Positions 9,128-17,551 of a DNA stretch of 64,000 nt are shown here, piece after piece; positions within the stretch are counted from its first letter, which is position 1, and every line of letters starts with the position of its first letter. The position numbers were made by a program, and so were the translations under genes. Below the pieces are notes generated by a model. That model did not search any database. It was given only the letters and a program-made list of their open reading frames with translations, and had not been told where the DNA came from. This stretch comes from a virus, in the IMG/VR virus record IMGVR_UViG_3300028115_000004, positions 32,001 to 96,000 of that record. One strand, written 5' to 3'.

Positions 9128-9805
9128 ATGGAACTTTCTGATCGTACTCTACAAGTACTCAAAAACTATGCAACCATCAACCCGAACATCGTGTTCAATG
9201 AGGGTAACAGTGTTAAAACTGTATCGGTTGCTCGCAACGTATTCTCTCGCACTTCGGTGTCTGAGGACTTTCCGGTCGGATTCGGTATCTATGATCTGAA
9301 CGAATTCCTGAATGTGTTGGGTCTCGTAGACAAACCCAATCTCTCTTTTGAGAAAGATTATGTTGTGGTTGGAGATTCAACGGGTCGTTCGAAGATCAAG
9401 TACTTTTACTCTGATCCGGATATGTTGACTTCGCCTTCGAAGGATATCAACCTTCCAGAATTCGAAGTTAACTTTCGACTAGATAATGCAACGTTGGGAC
9501 GCATTAAACGTGCGGCCGCAGCACTTGGACACACGGATATTTCGATCTCGCCTAACAATGGTGCGATTCAAATTTCTGTTGTGGATACCAAGGATGCAAC
9601 TTCCAATGCGTTCACTATCGACGTTGATGGGTCATATGATGAAGGAGTTGATTTCAACTTGGTTCTGAATGTGAACAACTTGAAGATTGTCAACGAGGAC
9701 TTTGAAGTCAACATCTCTAAGAAGTTGATCTCTCAGTTCAAGTCTGTTCAGTCGGATATTGAATATTTTATTGCACTTGAAAAATCATCTACTTACGGAG
9801 TATAA
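9128..9805 (+). CDS. gp45: sliding clamp gp45
   Basis: LS..TL.VLKNYATIN, FGIYDLNEFL, YFIALE. Confidence 0.92.
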   Translation: MELSDRTLQVLKNYATINPNIVFNEGNSVKTVSVARNVFSRTSVSEDFPVGFGIYDLNEFLNVLGLVDKPNLSFEKDYVVVGDSTGRSKIKYFYSDPDMLTSPSKDINLPEFEVNFRLDNATLGRIKRAAAALGHTDISISPNNGAIQISVVDTKDATSNAFTIDVDGSYDEGVDFNLVLNVNNLKIVNEDFEVNISKKLISQFKSVQSDIEYFIALEKSSTYGV

Positions 9806-9807
9806 CA

Positions 9808-10023
9808 ATGGCTAAAGCAGCAGAAGCACAAAAGCAAGACCACTCTCAGATTTACGAACTGGGTAACCGAGTGGCACGTTCGACTATCGCAGTGATTGAC
9901 ACTGTGGTACAGCGAGGCGGATTCAAGGGTGAGGAACTCTCTACTATTGGTCAGTTGCGTGATCAGGCAGTACAGGTTGTTCAGCTCGCAGAAGCATTCC
10001 AGTCTGAAGTAGCAGGTGAGTAA
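9808..10023 (+). CDS. hypothetical helical protein
   Basis: ORF with GGAG SD; VIDTVVQRGGFKGEELSTIGQLRD. Confidence 0.65.
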   Translation: MAKAAEAQKQDHSQIYELGNRVARSTIAVIDTVVQRGGFKGEELSTIGQLRDQAVQVVQLAEAFQSEVAGE

Positions 10024-10602
10024 ATGGAACTTTGGTCTTGGAAAGACTTCTTGCCCGATGTAGTCTTTCACATGCGTGAACGTGACGAATCCCTTGAGGG
10101 GGACAATCCCTTCAAGTGGGTTCGTAAGACTACGGGCGAACTCTTTGGTGGCAAGAAGGTTGTCATCTTTGGACTGCCTGGCGCATTCACACCCACGTGT
10201 ACTAACGAACAACTTCCCGGCTTTGATCGACTCTATCAGGAGTTTGTTGATGCAGGAGTTGATGAAATCTGGTGTACGTCCGTGAATGATGCATTCTCTA
10301 TGTACCAGTGGGCAAAACAACTAGACATTAAGAACGTCAAGATGTTGCCTGACGGTAATGGTGAATTTGCAGAAGAACTGGGGGTGGTGGTTAAGAAGAA
10401 TAACCTTGGTTTTGGAAAACGTTCTTGGCGTCACGCTGTCATTGTGAATGATCTGGTGATCGTCAAACGTATTGAGGAAGATGGACTACGTGACAACTGT
10501 CCAACCGATCCCTATGAGAACACCACACCCGAAAACATTCTTTCTCTTGTCAGAAAAATCTCGGGAGAGTCCAGACAGATGCAGCTAAACTTCGGGGTGT
10601 AG
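10024..10602 (+). CDS. peroxiredoxin (Prx5-like)
   Basis: PGAFTPTC, SVNDAF, LPDGNGEF, GFGKRSWR. Confidence 0.9.
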   Translation: MELWSWKDFLPDVVFHMRERDESLEGDNPFKWVRKTTGELFGGKKVVIFGLPGAFTPTCTNEQLPGFDRLYQEFVDAGVDEIWCTSVNDAFSMYQWAKQLDIKNVKMLPDGNGEFAEELGVVVKKNNLGFGKRSWRHAVIVNDLVIVKRIEEDGLRDNCPTDPYENTTPENILSLVRKISGESRQMQLNFGV

Positions 10603-10669
10603 CTCAGTTGGATAGAGCAATGGCCTTCTAAGCCATCGGTCGGGGGTTCGAATCCCTCCACCTCGGCCA
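10593..10669 (+). tRNA. tRNA-Arg (TCT)
   Basis: Acceptor CGGGGTG/CACCTCG, anticodon loop CTTCTAA, GTTCGAATC, encoded CCA. Confidence 0.93.
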
Positions 10670-10673
10670 ATTT

Positions 10674-10747
10674 GCGGAGTTTGTATAGTGGTATTACCGG
10701 AGGTTTCCAACCTTCAGACGGTGGTTCGATTCCACCACTCCGCTCCA
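10674..10747 (+). tRNA. tRNA-Gly (TCC)
   Basis: Acceptor GCGGAGT/ACTCCGC, loop TTTCCAA, GTTCGATTC, CCA. Confidence 0.93.
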
Positions 10748-10751
10748 ATTT

Positions 10752-10827
10752 GCCGGTATAGCTCAGCAGGTAGAGTAGCTCACTTGTAATGAGAAGGTCG
10801 GGAGTTCGATTCTCTCTGCCGGCACCA
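10752..10827 (+). tRNA. tRNA-Thr (TGT)
   Basis: Acceptor GCCGGTA/TGCCGGC, loop CTTGTAA, GTTCGATTC, CCA. Confidence 0.93.
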
Positions 10828-10848
10828 TATCCTTATAACAAAATGATC

Positions 10849-10911
10849 TAAAAAAAGTTTAAAAAAACGCTTGACTTTAGACCAAGAATCTGTCATAATT
10901 ACCCTGTAATT
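10849..10911 (+). promoter_or_regulatory. early promoter with A-tract UP element and AATTAC-N3-GTAATT palindrome
   Basis: A-tracts, TTGACT-N17-CATAAT, palindrome 10897-10911; architecture repeated at 38.3, 55.1 and 55.8 kb. Confidence 0.8.
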
Positions 10912-10930
10912 GAGAGTGAGGATATAGATT

Positions 10931-11224
10931 ATGACTGCATTTGTTAAAGAAGAGTTTGTTTGGGACGGTATGTACTTGATGTATCGTGGTCGCCACGAAG
11001 GGTCTAAGAACATGGAAGAACATAACCCAAACTGTCACCCATCTTGGGTCGGTAAACCAAAACCTGAGTTTATCGTTCGATTCAAGTATGGGAAGTACAA
11101 GCCTTGGAAAGCGTGGGTTAACTTCCTAATGAAGAACGTTTCTGTCGAACAGTACGTTGCTTTGGAAAAGGAATCTAGTCCGGTTCAAGCAATGCGTCAA
11201 CTTGGTTATAAGGGGAAAATGTAA
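10931..11224 (+). CDS. early hypothetical protein
   Basis: ORF with GAGG SD directly after an early promoter. Confidence 0.7.
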   Translation: MTAFVKEEFVWDGMYLMYRGRHEGSKNMEEHNPNCHPSWVGKPKPEFIVRFKYGKYKPWKAWVNFLMKNVSVEQYVALEKESSPVQAMRQLGYKGKM

Positions 11225-11715
11225 TGAAGATTGTATTCCAAACTCAAATCCGTGAGAACTACGGCGCCCATGATTGGGATGGCAAGGGCGAATGCCCTCA
11301 GCGATGGAAGTTCAAAGGTGGTAACACCTATGTGGTCAACTGTGACCTCAATCAAGCCATGGATAAGGCGTTCTGGGAACGTGCATCCGCTGCAGTCACC
11401 GAAGATGGTGACTACTTCGAAGAGTACGTGCTCTCTTCGGAGTTGATCGATGATATCGATTACGTGGAGTCTCAACACGTTGCGGAGTGGGACGCACCCT
11501 ACTATCTCACTGAGATCGATGGTGGGTTCCAAGTAAATCGTACTGAGAATAACGATGCGATGGGTTACATGCGTAAGGAGATTGCGAAGAAGTACGAGGC
11601 GTATGTCATTCGCAACAACACCCGTGAGGACTATAAGTCTTCTTTTGAGATGGTCAATGGTCAGATCATCCCCTACGCTGAGTTAGGTAACTGGTTTGAG
11701 GCCTACGCAGCATGA
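11224..11715 (+). CDS. early hypothetical protein
   Basis: TQIRENYGAHDWDGKGECPQRWKFKGG N-terminus; TAATG coupling. Confidence 0.7.
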   Translation: MKIVFQTQIRENYGAHDWDGKGECPQRWKFKGGNTYVVNCDLNQAMDKAFWERASAAVTEDGDYFEEYVLSSELIDDIDYVESQHVAEWDAPYYLTEIDGGFQVNRTENNDAMGYMRKEIAKKYEAYVIRNNTREDYKSSFEMVNGQIIPYAELGNWFEAYAA

Positions 11716-12299
11716 GGGTAACTTGGGGTACATGGGTATCACTGGTACTCTTTTTAACTTTAATCGGAGTCGGGTTCTTTTATCAGGAACCCGCACCCAA
11801 GGTCGTAGTAGTTGATGCTCCTCTTGAGGAGGTTGTCCCTTCGGAACCGGAACCCCAACCGGAACCGGAGGGAACTTTTTATTCCGAGCGTGCGATAGAA
11901 TGTCTTGCACTTAACTCTTATTATGAATCACGTAATCAATCCCTTGCCGGTCAGATCGCAGTGGCGAACGTTGTCCTGAACAGGGTCAACAGTCCCAAGT
12001 TTCCCAATACTATCTGCGAGGTCATTCAACAAGGCCCTACCTTTGTGAACTGGAAAGGTAATGAGATGCCTGTTCGAAACAGGTGTCACTTCTCTTGGTG
12101 GTGTGATGGTAAGAGTGACATCCCCGCTGACGTAGTTACCTACTTAAAGATACTTGACACAGTGACCGAATTGTTGTATACTGACACAATTGATATCACG
12201 GATGGCAGTACGCATTACCATGCGGACTATGTTGAACCTGATTGGAGTAATCACTTTGAAAGGACAGTAGTGATCGACGATCATATATTTTATAAGTGA
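11712..12299 (+). CDS. cell wall hydrolase (SleB / Hydrolase_2), N-terminal membrane anchor
   Basis: CLALNSYYESRNQ, AVANVVLNRV, FPNTICEVI, FSWWCDGKSD, THYHA.YV.P.W, IDDHIFY. Confidence 0.9.
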   Translation: MRVTWGTWVSLVLFLTLIGVGFFYQEPAPKVVVVDAPLEEVVPSEPEPQPEPEGTFYSERAIECLALNSYYESRNQSLAGQIAVANVVLNRVNSPKFPNTICEVIQQGPTFVNWKGNEMPVRNRCHFSWWCDGKSDIPADVVTYLKILDTVTELLYTDTIDITDGSTHYHADYVEPDWSNHFERTVVIDDHIFYK

Positions 12300-12304
12300 A
12301 AGCT

Positions 12305-12514
12305 ATGAAACCAAGTGAATATTACGATGAGTTAGTTAGACACGACTGGTACTACGAGTACTCAGATGACTATAGTGTATGGCAGAGAGGTCAAGCTAAC
12401 AAACATCGTATACAGAGTATAGCTCAGGAGAACGAAGTTCTGTTGGGACTATATAAAGCCTACTCTGATTTTATTTTCAGAGAAGGCGATAAACCCACTA
12501 GACCGGAGGATTGA
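12305..12514 (+). CDS. hypothetical protein
   Basis: L..HDWYYEYSDD.SVW.RG motif. Confidence 0.6.
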   Translation: MKPSEYYDELVRHDWYYEYSDDYSVWQRGQANKHRIQSIAQENEVLLGLYKAYSDFIFREGDKPTRPED

Positions 12515-12515
12515 T

Positions 12516-12827
12516 ATGGAAGTAGGGCTAATAGTTGTCGGCGCAGCAGCAGTAATTTTGATGGTGCGAGTTATTTGGTGGTTTGTGGAAGGTGGAAGTG
12601 TGAACATTACTCCTATGGATGATGCAGGTGTTCGTCACCCTCCCGCTGATCCAACCGATCCAGTTAACGTGCAAGCCGAAGTTGTCGAGGACATCATCGA
12701 AGATTTGATCGAAGATGTGGACTTGATGAAACTCACTAAGAAAGAACTTATGAGCATGGCTGAAACTAAAGGCGTTGCTGTCTCTTCACGTATGAAGAAG
12801 TCAGACATCGTTGAACAGTTACAGTGA
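12516..12827 (+). CDS. membrane-anchored protein with C-terminal Rho-N/HeH-like domain
   Basis: N-terminal TM; DLMKLTKKELMSMAETKGV...KKSDIVEQL. Confidence 0.6.
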   Translation: MEVGLIVVGAAAVILMVRVIWWFVEGGSVNITPMDDAGVRHPPADPTDPVNVQAEVVEDIIEDLIEDVDLMKLTKKELMSMAETKGVAVSSRMKKSDIVEQLQ

Positions 12828-13064
12828 ATGCAGTTCTTTGATAAGGAGATTGCAAGGGAAACCTTAATACATGTGCTGATGGGGACAATCGTGAATTACC
12901 CCATCAGCATATTTTTTGCCTGGCTGTTTATCAGTCAGTGGGGTATTACAGACCCCGTTGAGTTCGCAACAATTTCTACCGTTGGGTTTTTTTGTATTGC
13001 CTTCACACGCATATACGTGGTAAGATACCTAACTGAAAAACGAAAGTTACGACAATCTAAATGA
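12828..13064 (+). CDS. small two-TM membrane protein
   Basis: Two hydrophobic segments followed by R.YVVR. Confidence 0.6.
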   Translation: MQFFDKEIARETLIHVLMGTIVNYPISIFFAWLFISQWGITDPVEFATISTVGFFCIAFTRIYVVRYLTEKRKLRQSK

Positions 13065-13077
13065 TGGAGTTTTTATT

Positions 13078-14016
13078 ATGCGTGATGAATTTTTGTGGGT
13101 CGAGAAATATCGCCCCCGCAAAGTATCTGATACTATCCTTCCGAAAGAACTGAAGGAGACGTTTCAGAAAATTGTAGATGGTGGTGAGATTCCGAACATG
13201 TTGTTTTCTGGTACTGCTGGTACTGGTAAGACTACTGTCGCACGTGCCATCTGTGATGAACTGGGACTTGACTACATCGTCGTCAATGGTTCCGAGGAGG
13301 GTAACATCGATACCCTTCGTGGTAAGATCAAACAGTTTGCATCTTCCATCTCTCTGAGTGGTGGGTACAAAGTTGTTATCCTAGATGAGGCTGATTACCT
13401 CAACCCCCAATCTACTCAACCCGCCCTCCGTGGGTTCATCGAAGAGTTCTCTAAGAACTGTCGATTCATTCTGACTTGTAACTTCAAGAACCGAGTGATC
13501 GAACCTCTTCACTCTCGTTGTTCTAATTACGAGTTTAACTTCAACAAGAAAACTCAGGCGCAACTGTGTGGACAGTTCATGTCCCGTGCACAGACGATCC
13601 TGACCGACGAAGGTGTCGCATCCAACCCCGATACTCTCGCACAGGTTATCATGCGTCACGCACCAGACTGGCGTCGAGTACTCAACGAGTTGCAACGTCA
13701 CTCTATCTCTGGTCAGTTGGAAACTACAGTTGTCATTAATGACGCAAATGAAAACTATAGTATCCTTTTCAAAGCCCTCAAGGACAAGGAATTCAAGAAG
13801 ATGCGTTCTTGGGTCGTAAACAATATGGATGTGGAACCCGCATCTGTATTCCGTGGAATCTATGACGTGATGTCGGAGTATGTCCAACCACAATCGATTC
13901 CTCAACTCGTATTGATTCTCGCTGATTATCAATACAAGAATGCGTTCGTGGCGGATCACGAACTCAACCTAGTCGCTTGTATGACTGAAATCATGGCAAA
14001 CGTGGAGGTCAAATGA
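13078..14016 (+). CDS. gp44: clamp loader large subunit gp44
   Basis: LWVEKYRP, GTAGTGKT, ILDEAD, LHSRC. Confidence 0.96.
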   Translation: MRDEFLWVEKYRPRKVSDTILPKELKETFQKIVDGGEIPNMLFSGTAGTGKTTVARAICDELGLDYIVVNGSEEGNIDTLRGKIKQFASSISLSGGYKVVILDEADYLNPQSTQPALRGFIEEFSKNCRFILTCNFKNRVIEPLHSRCSNYEFNFNKKTQAQLCGQFMSRAQTILTDEGVASNPDTLAQVIMRHAPDWRRVLNELQRHSISGQLETTVVINDANENYSILFKALKDKEFKKMRSWVVNNMDVEPASVFRGIYDVMSEYVQPQSIPQLVLILADYQYKNAFVADHELNLVACMTEIMANVEVK

Positions 14017-14426
14017 TGGAAAATAAGAAAGGGTTCTCTCCCCAAGAGGATGTGGATGTCTTCATGACTGCTGCGGGTCAAGCCCTTCGGTATGATATTC
14101 CGAAAGACCCCACAGTCATGTTTGATGAGGATCAGTCTAAACTCTACATGGACTTGGTTGAGGAAGAGTTCAACGAGACCAAGGAAGCGTTTGCAAATAA
14201 GGACGTGGTAGAGGTTGCGGATGGTATCGCAGACATGGTGTGGGTCATCATGGGACTTGCCAGTAGTCTTGGTATCGACTTCTATAAGGTATGGGATGCA
14301 GTCTTTGAGTCTAACATGAGTAAGGTGCAGGATGATCAGTTGATTAAGAATCCAGAAACGGGTAAGGTCATGAAACCAGCTTCGTACTTTCCTCCCAAGA
14401 TCAAGGAGGCGTTGGGTCTTGAGTAA
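14013..14426 (+). CDS. MazG-like / PRA-PH NTP pyrophosphohydrolase
   Basis: LVEEEFNE, EVADGIAD, SNMSK, GKVMKP. Confidence 0.85.
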   Translation: MMENKKGFSPQEDVDVFMTAAGQALRYDIPKDPTVMFDEDQSKLYMDLVEEEFNETKEAFANKDVVEVADGIADMVWVIMGLASSLGIDFYKVWDAVFESNMSKVQDDQLIKNPETGKVMKPASYFPPKIKEALGLE

Positions 14427-14901
14427 ATGGGACTTAGCACACATGAAGGTTGCCGGAATCTATGGGGCGCTTTCTACTGCAATACGTGCAAAGGTTGGAT
14501 GTGTCATCGTGAAGGACAACCGTATTATCTCTATTGGGTATAACGGTATGCCTTCGGGATGGGACAACAACTGTGAGGACGAAGACTGGCCTATGTGGGC
14601 AAAAGACTATGATAAAGATAAAGTCGATCCTGTCTATGTTAAGTTGACAACCAAACCCGAAGTGTTACACGCAGAGACTAACGCAATCGCAAAGGTTGCA
14701 CGTAGTAATGAAAATTGTGATGGTGCAACACTATATACTACGATGCTGCCTTGTTTGGATTGTGCGAAGTTGATCTATCAATCGGGCATAAAAGAAGTCT
14801 TCTATGTAGAAGCGTACCCTAAAGGAACAGCAGGATTAGAGTTTTTACATAAGTGTAATATTCCTGTGAGAAAAATTAATGAGTACGAATCTGTATCGTG
14901 A
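14419..14901 (+). CDS. cd: dCMP deaminase
   Basis: GYNG, HAETNAI, PCLDCAK. Confidence 0.92.
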   Translation: MSKWDLAHMKVAGIYGALSTAIRAKVGCVIVKDNRIISIGYNGMPSGWDNNCEDEDWPMWAKDYDKDKVDPVYVKLTTKPEVLHAETNAIAKVARSNENCDGATLYTTMLPCLDCAKLIYQSGIKEVFYVEAYPKGTAGLEFLHKCNIPVRKINEYESVS

Positions 14902-15640
14902 AGAACTAAAAAAGATATTAAGAAAAAGATTAAGAGGATCAATGTCTGCATCGGAGAACGTTCTCTATTTTCCTAAAGATGTAGATGTTAGAATCTGTCC
15001 CAAGAACGGAATGACTTCTTTGAAATGGGCTTTGTTGTACGTAAACAACATTGAGATTTCCTCAGACAATCCAAAGTCTCTTATTTACGGAACAAAGAGA
15101 CATCGAATGGGGGAGATCAAAAAGTATGGAGACCGTGATTCCTTGCCGTTCAGGAAGGACAGTTTCCGAGTCGCAATCGCACGTGATCCGATCAAACGTT
15201 TCATGTCGGCTTGTGAGTATATCAAGACTGAATATACTAGAGTGAATGAAGTGATCGACTTGAACTCTGGTAAGGCTTTGTCTCATGACGAACTCAAGGC
15301 TCTAGAATCAATGTCGGACGTTGATATCTTGCCAGATAATCTGGACGAAATCATCGATGGTGTGTGGAACGGAGAGATTCAGAACACTCACTTTTACACT
15401 CAGACCTTTTACTATAGCAATCGTTCTCAGTACGACAAGATCGTCAAGATGAAAAACTTCAAAGAGTTCATGGAGTGGTTGAGAGTCCGTTGCGAAAGTC
15501 CGAAAAAGATTGATAGAGTACATACCAATAGAACATCTGGTCTATACTTTGGTGGTGTGGAGAAGTTGACAGAAGACCAGAAAAAACGTATAATGCGTAT
15601 TTACCAAGAGGATTATGATTATGGCTGGACAGAAGATTAG
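14879..15640 (+). CDS. sulfotransferase family 2 protein
   Basis: 5'-PSB-like PKNGMTS, 3'-PB-like RDPIKRFMSA, HFYTQ, Y..DY. Confidence 0.75.
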   Translation: MSTNLYREELKKILRKRLRGSMSASENVLYFPKDVDVRICPKNGMTSLKWALLYVNNIEISSDNPKSLIYGTKRHRMGEIKKYGDRDSLPFRKDSFRVAIARDPIKRFMSACEYIKTEYTRVNEVIDLNSGKALSHDELKALESMSDVDILPDNLDEIIDGVWNGEIQNTHFYTQTFYYSNRSQYDKIVKMKNFKEFMEWLRVRCESPKKIDRVHTNRTSGLYFGGVEKLTEDQKKRIMRIYQEDYDYGWTED

Positions 15641-16013
15641 TCCATTTGATTTCTTGAATAGTATCAACACTACCAAGAAAAACCTCATGGAAGGAACAGA
15701 CGAAGAGAAACAGTACGTACCATTCGTGGTCAATCGGAGTCTGTCTTACTTCCCTGACACCGTTCATCTCGCAAATGTGATGAACATTCACCACAACCTA
15801 GACAATCGTCTACAATATGATTTTTTTATAAATATCATTAGGAAACGGAAACGTTTCTCTAAATGGGTCAAACCTGAAAGTGAAGCGAACGTGGAAGTGA
15901 TAAAAGAGTATTATGGGTATAGTCATGAGAAAGCCCGTCAAGCATTACCTCTCTTATCTTCCGATCAAATTGAATTTATAAAGAATAAGGTGAACAAAGG
16001 TGGAAGAAAATAA
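15621..16013 (+). CDS. gp62: clamp loader small subunit gp62
   Basis: PFDFLNSIN, YVPFVVNRSLSYF.DT, RKRKRFSKW, EYYGYS. Confidence 0.92.
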   Translation: MAGQKISPFDFLNSINTTKKNLMEGTDEEKQYVPFVVNRSLSYFPDTVHLANVMNIHHNLDNRLQYDFFINIIRKRKRFSKWVKPESEANVEVIKEYYGYSHEKARQALPLLSSDQIEFIKNKVNKGGRK

Positions 16014-16410
16014 TATCGTTGAATGGAGTCCAGCGAAGATGCTGGAAGTCACTCTGGCAGAACCGGATGACTTCTTGAAGGTACGGGAAACACTAACCCG
16101 AATTGGTGTTGCGTCTCGTAGAGAAAATAAGTTATTCCAATCATGTCATATTTTGCATAAACAGGGCCGGTACTTTATCGTGCACTTCAAAGAACTGTTT
16201 ATGTTGGACGGCAAGAAATCAAACCTAGAACAGACAGACGTTGAACGTAGGAATACGATTGCAACTCTGTTGGCGGACTGGGGACTTGTCGAGATTCAAA
16301 ACAAAGAAGTTGCTAAGGACTGTGCCCCAATGCGTCAGATCAAGATCATTGGATACAAAGATAAAGACCAATGGGAGCTGTGTCCGAAATACAATATTGG
16401 TAATAAGTGA
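16000..16410 (+). CDS. regA: translational repressor RegA
   Basis: PDDFLKVRETLTRIGVAS, QSCHILHKQGRYFIVHFKELF. Confidence 0.97.
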   Translation: MEENNIVEWSPAKMLEVTLAEPDDFLKVRETLTRIGVASRRENKLFQSCHILHKQGRYFIVHFKELFMLDGKKSNLEQTDVERRNTIATLLADWGLVEIQNKEVAKDCAPMRQIKIIGYKDKDQWELCPKYNIGNK

Positions 16411-16946
16411 TGTTCAATATATTTGAAGACCGTGAAGAAGATATCGCAAACAAAAAACCTTTCTTCGGAAAACTTCCGGAAGGTATAGTAGAGGCTTACT
16501 CTTGGGATCAACACCTAGATATGCTGGATACCCATCCAGACAAGTTGCTTGATCCCAACAGTAAAAAGTTTCGAATCGGACTCAACAGTTTTCATAAAAG
16601 ACCTAGTGCGCCAGAATTCGCATCCACTATCGTAGAAGAGATGGAAGATGTCTTCTCTTTGCACGGCGACAAACGTTCGATCACTAATATTGCTTTCACA
16701 GGTTTTGGTAAGAACTCTGACAGTTACCCTTGGCACAAGGACAGTATGGATGTGTTCCTAGTACAGGTCAAGTCCACTATCGGTCTGAAGGTTGAGGGTG
16801 TCAACGACAACGAAGAGTTTGACTTTGAGCCAGGAGACTACGTGTGGATTCCTCGTGGAACCCACCACCAAATCTTTCCCCGTGTAAGTCGAGTGACCTT
16901 TAGTTTCGGAGTCGAGGGTGACCCTGACCCCTCAATCTATTTCTAA
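16407..16946 (+). CDS. JmjC/cupin-domain protein
   Basis: WHKDSMDVFLVQ, PGDYVWIPRGTHH, RVTFSF. Confidence 0.75.
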   Translation: MMFNIFEDREEDIANKKPFFGKLPEGIVEAYSWDQHLDMLDTHPDKLLDPNSKKFRIGLNSFHKRPSAPEFASTIVEEMEDVFSLHGDKRSITNIAFTGFGKNSDSYPWHKDSMDVFLVQVKSTIGLKVEGVNDNEEFDFEPGDYVWIPRGTHHQIFPRVSRVTFSFGVEGDPDPSIYF

Positions 16947-17437
16947 GAGAGTCTTACAGGTCTTGTTAGTAAAGCAATAGATGGGATTACCGTCTTGTCG
17001 ATAACACGAAGTCTGACCGTATCTGTGTCGGTGTCTGAATCGTTGAAAGGATTTGTTTCGATGTCATGAGTACTGTCCGAATCAATAAGAGTCTGGACGA
17101 ATGCTCTACCCGTGATAGTAATTTGAGTACCGTCTGTGGGGCCTCTGAAGACACCTTGATCTAGAGAAAGGTTTCCGATCAGACCACCACCAGAAACCGA
17201 TAGGGTTACATCGTCATGATGATCCCCCGAAACGAAAGAACCTTCGGGTGGTGTGTAGGTGAAAGACTCTTCCGCAGAATCATCAAACATAAAAGGTAGG
17301 GTTACACTCAGACTTGGAGTACCCCATACCATTCGGTTTCTAGAACTGTTCCACGTCATCACGTCCCCACTATCCGGAGAAGCGTCTTCGTAAGCAAATG
17401 CGTAACGTGGGTAATCGGAATCAATAGTTAATGGCAT
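16943..17437 (-). CDS. acidic beta-rich hypothetical protein, probably late/virion, inverted orientation
   Basis: Only long ORF in the interval; TAAATA late-promoter core at 17475-17480 (minus); several DS motifs. Confidence 0.6.
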   Translation of the reverse strand: MPLTIDSDYPRYAFAYEDASPDSGDVMTWNSSRNRMVWGTPSLSVTLPFMFDDSAEESFTYTPPEGSFVSGDHHDDVTLSVSGGGLIGNLSLDQGVFRGPTDGTQITITGRAFVQTLIDSDSTHDIETNPFNDSDTDTDTVRLRVIDKTVIPSIALLTRPVRLS

Positions 17438-17465
17438 TGACAAAAAACTCCAAGTATGTTATAGT
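17437..17465 (+). promoter_or_regulatory. sigma70 promoter for hsp20
   Basis: TTGACA-N17-TATAGT. Confidence 0.6.
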
Positions 17466-17493
17466 TTACAATACTATTTAGTATATATAGTAG

Positions 17494-17551
17494 TGCATAT
17501 GCCGATGGTCGGGTATGCAATAGTCTTGCTTATTTAAAAAGGAGATACAAC
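17494..17551 (+). ncRNA. ROSE-like RNA thermometer in the hsp20 5' UTR
   Basis: 5' hairpin TGCATATGCCGA/TCGGGTATGCA; 3' hairpin TCTT(G)CTT paired with SD AAGGAGA, containing the UUGCU signature. Confidence 0.65.

Noticed and set aside
10593-10827. tRNA cluster as prophage attachment site
   Set aside because: No integrase or duplicated tRNA 3' end; both flanks are phage genes.
10898-10907. ATTACCCTGT matches part of the I-SceI site
   Set aside because: Only 10 of 18 nt match; explained by the promoter-linked palindrome.
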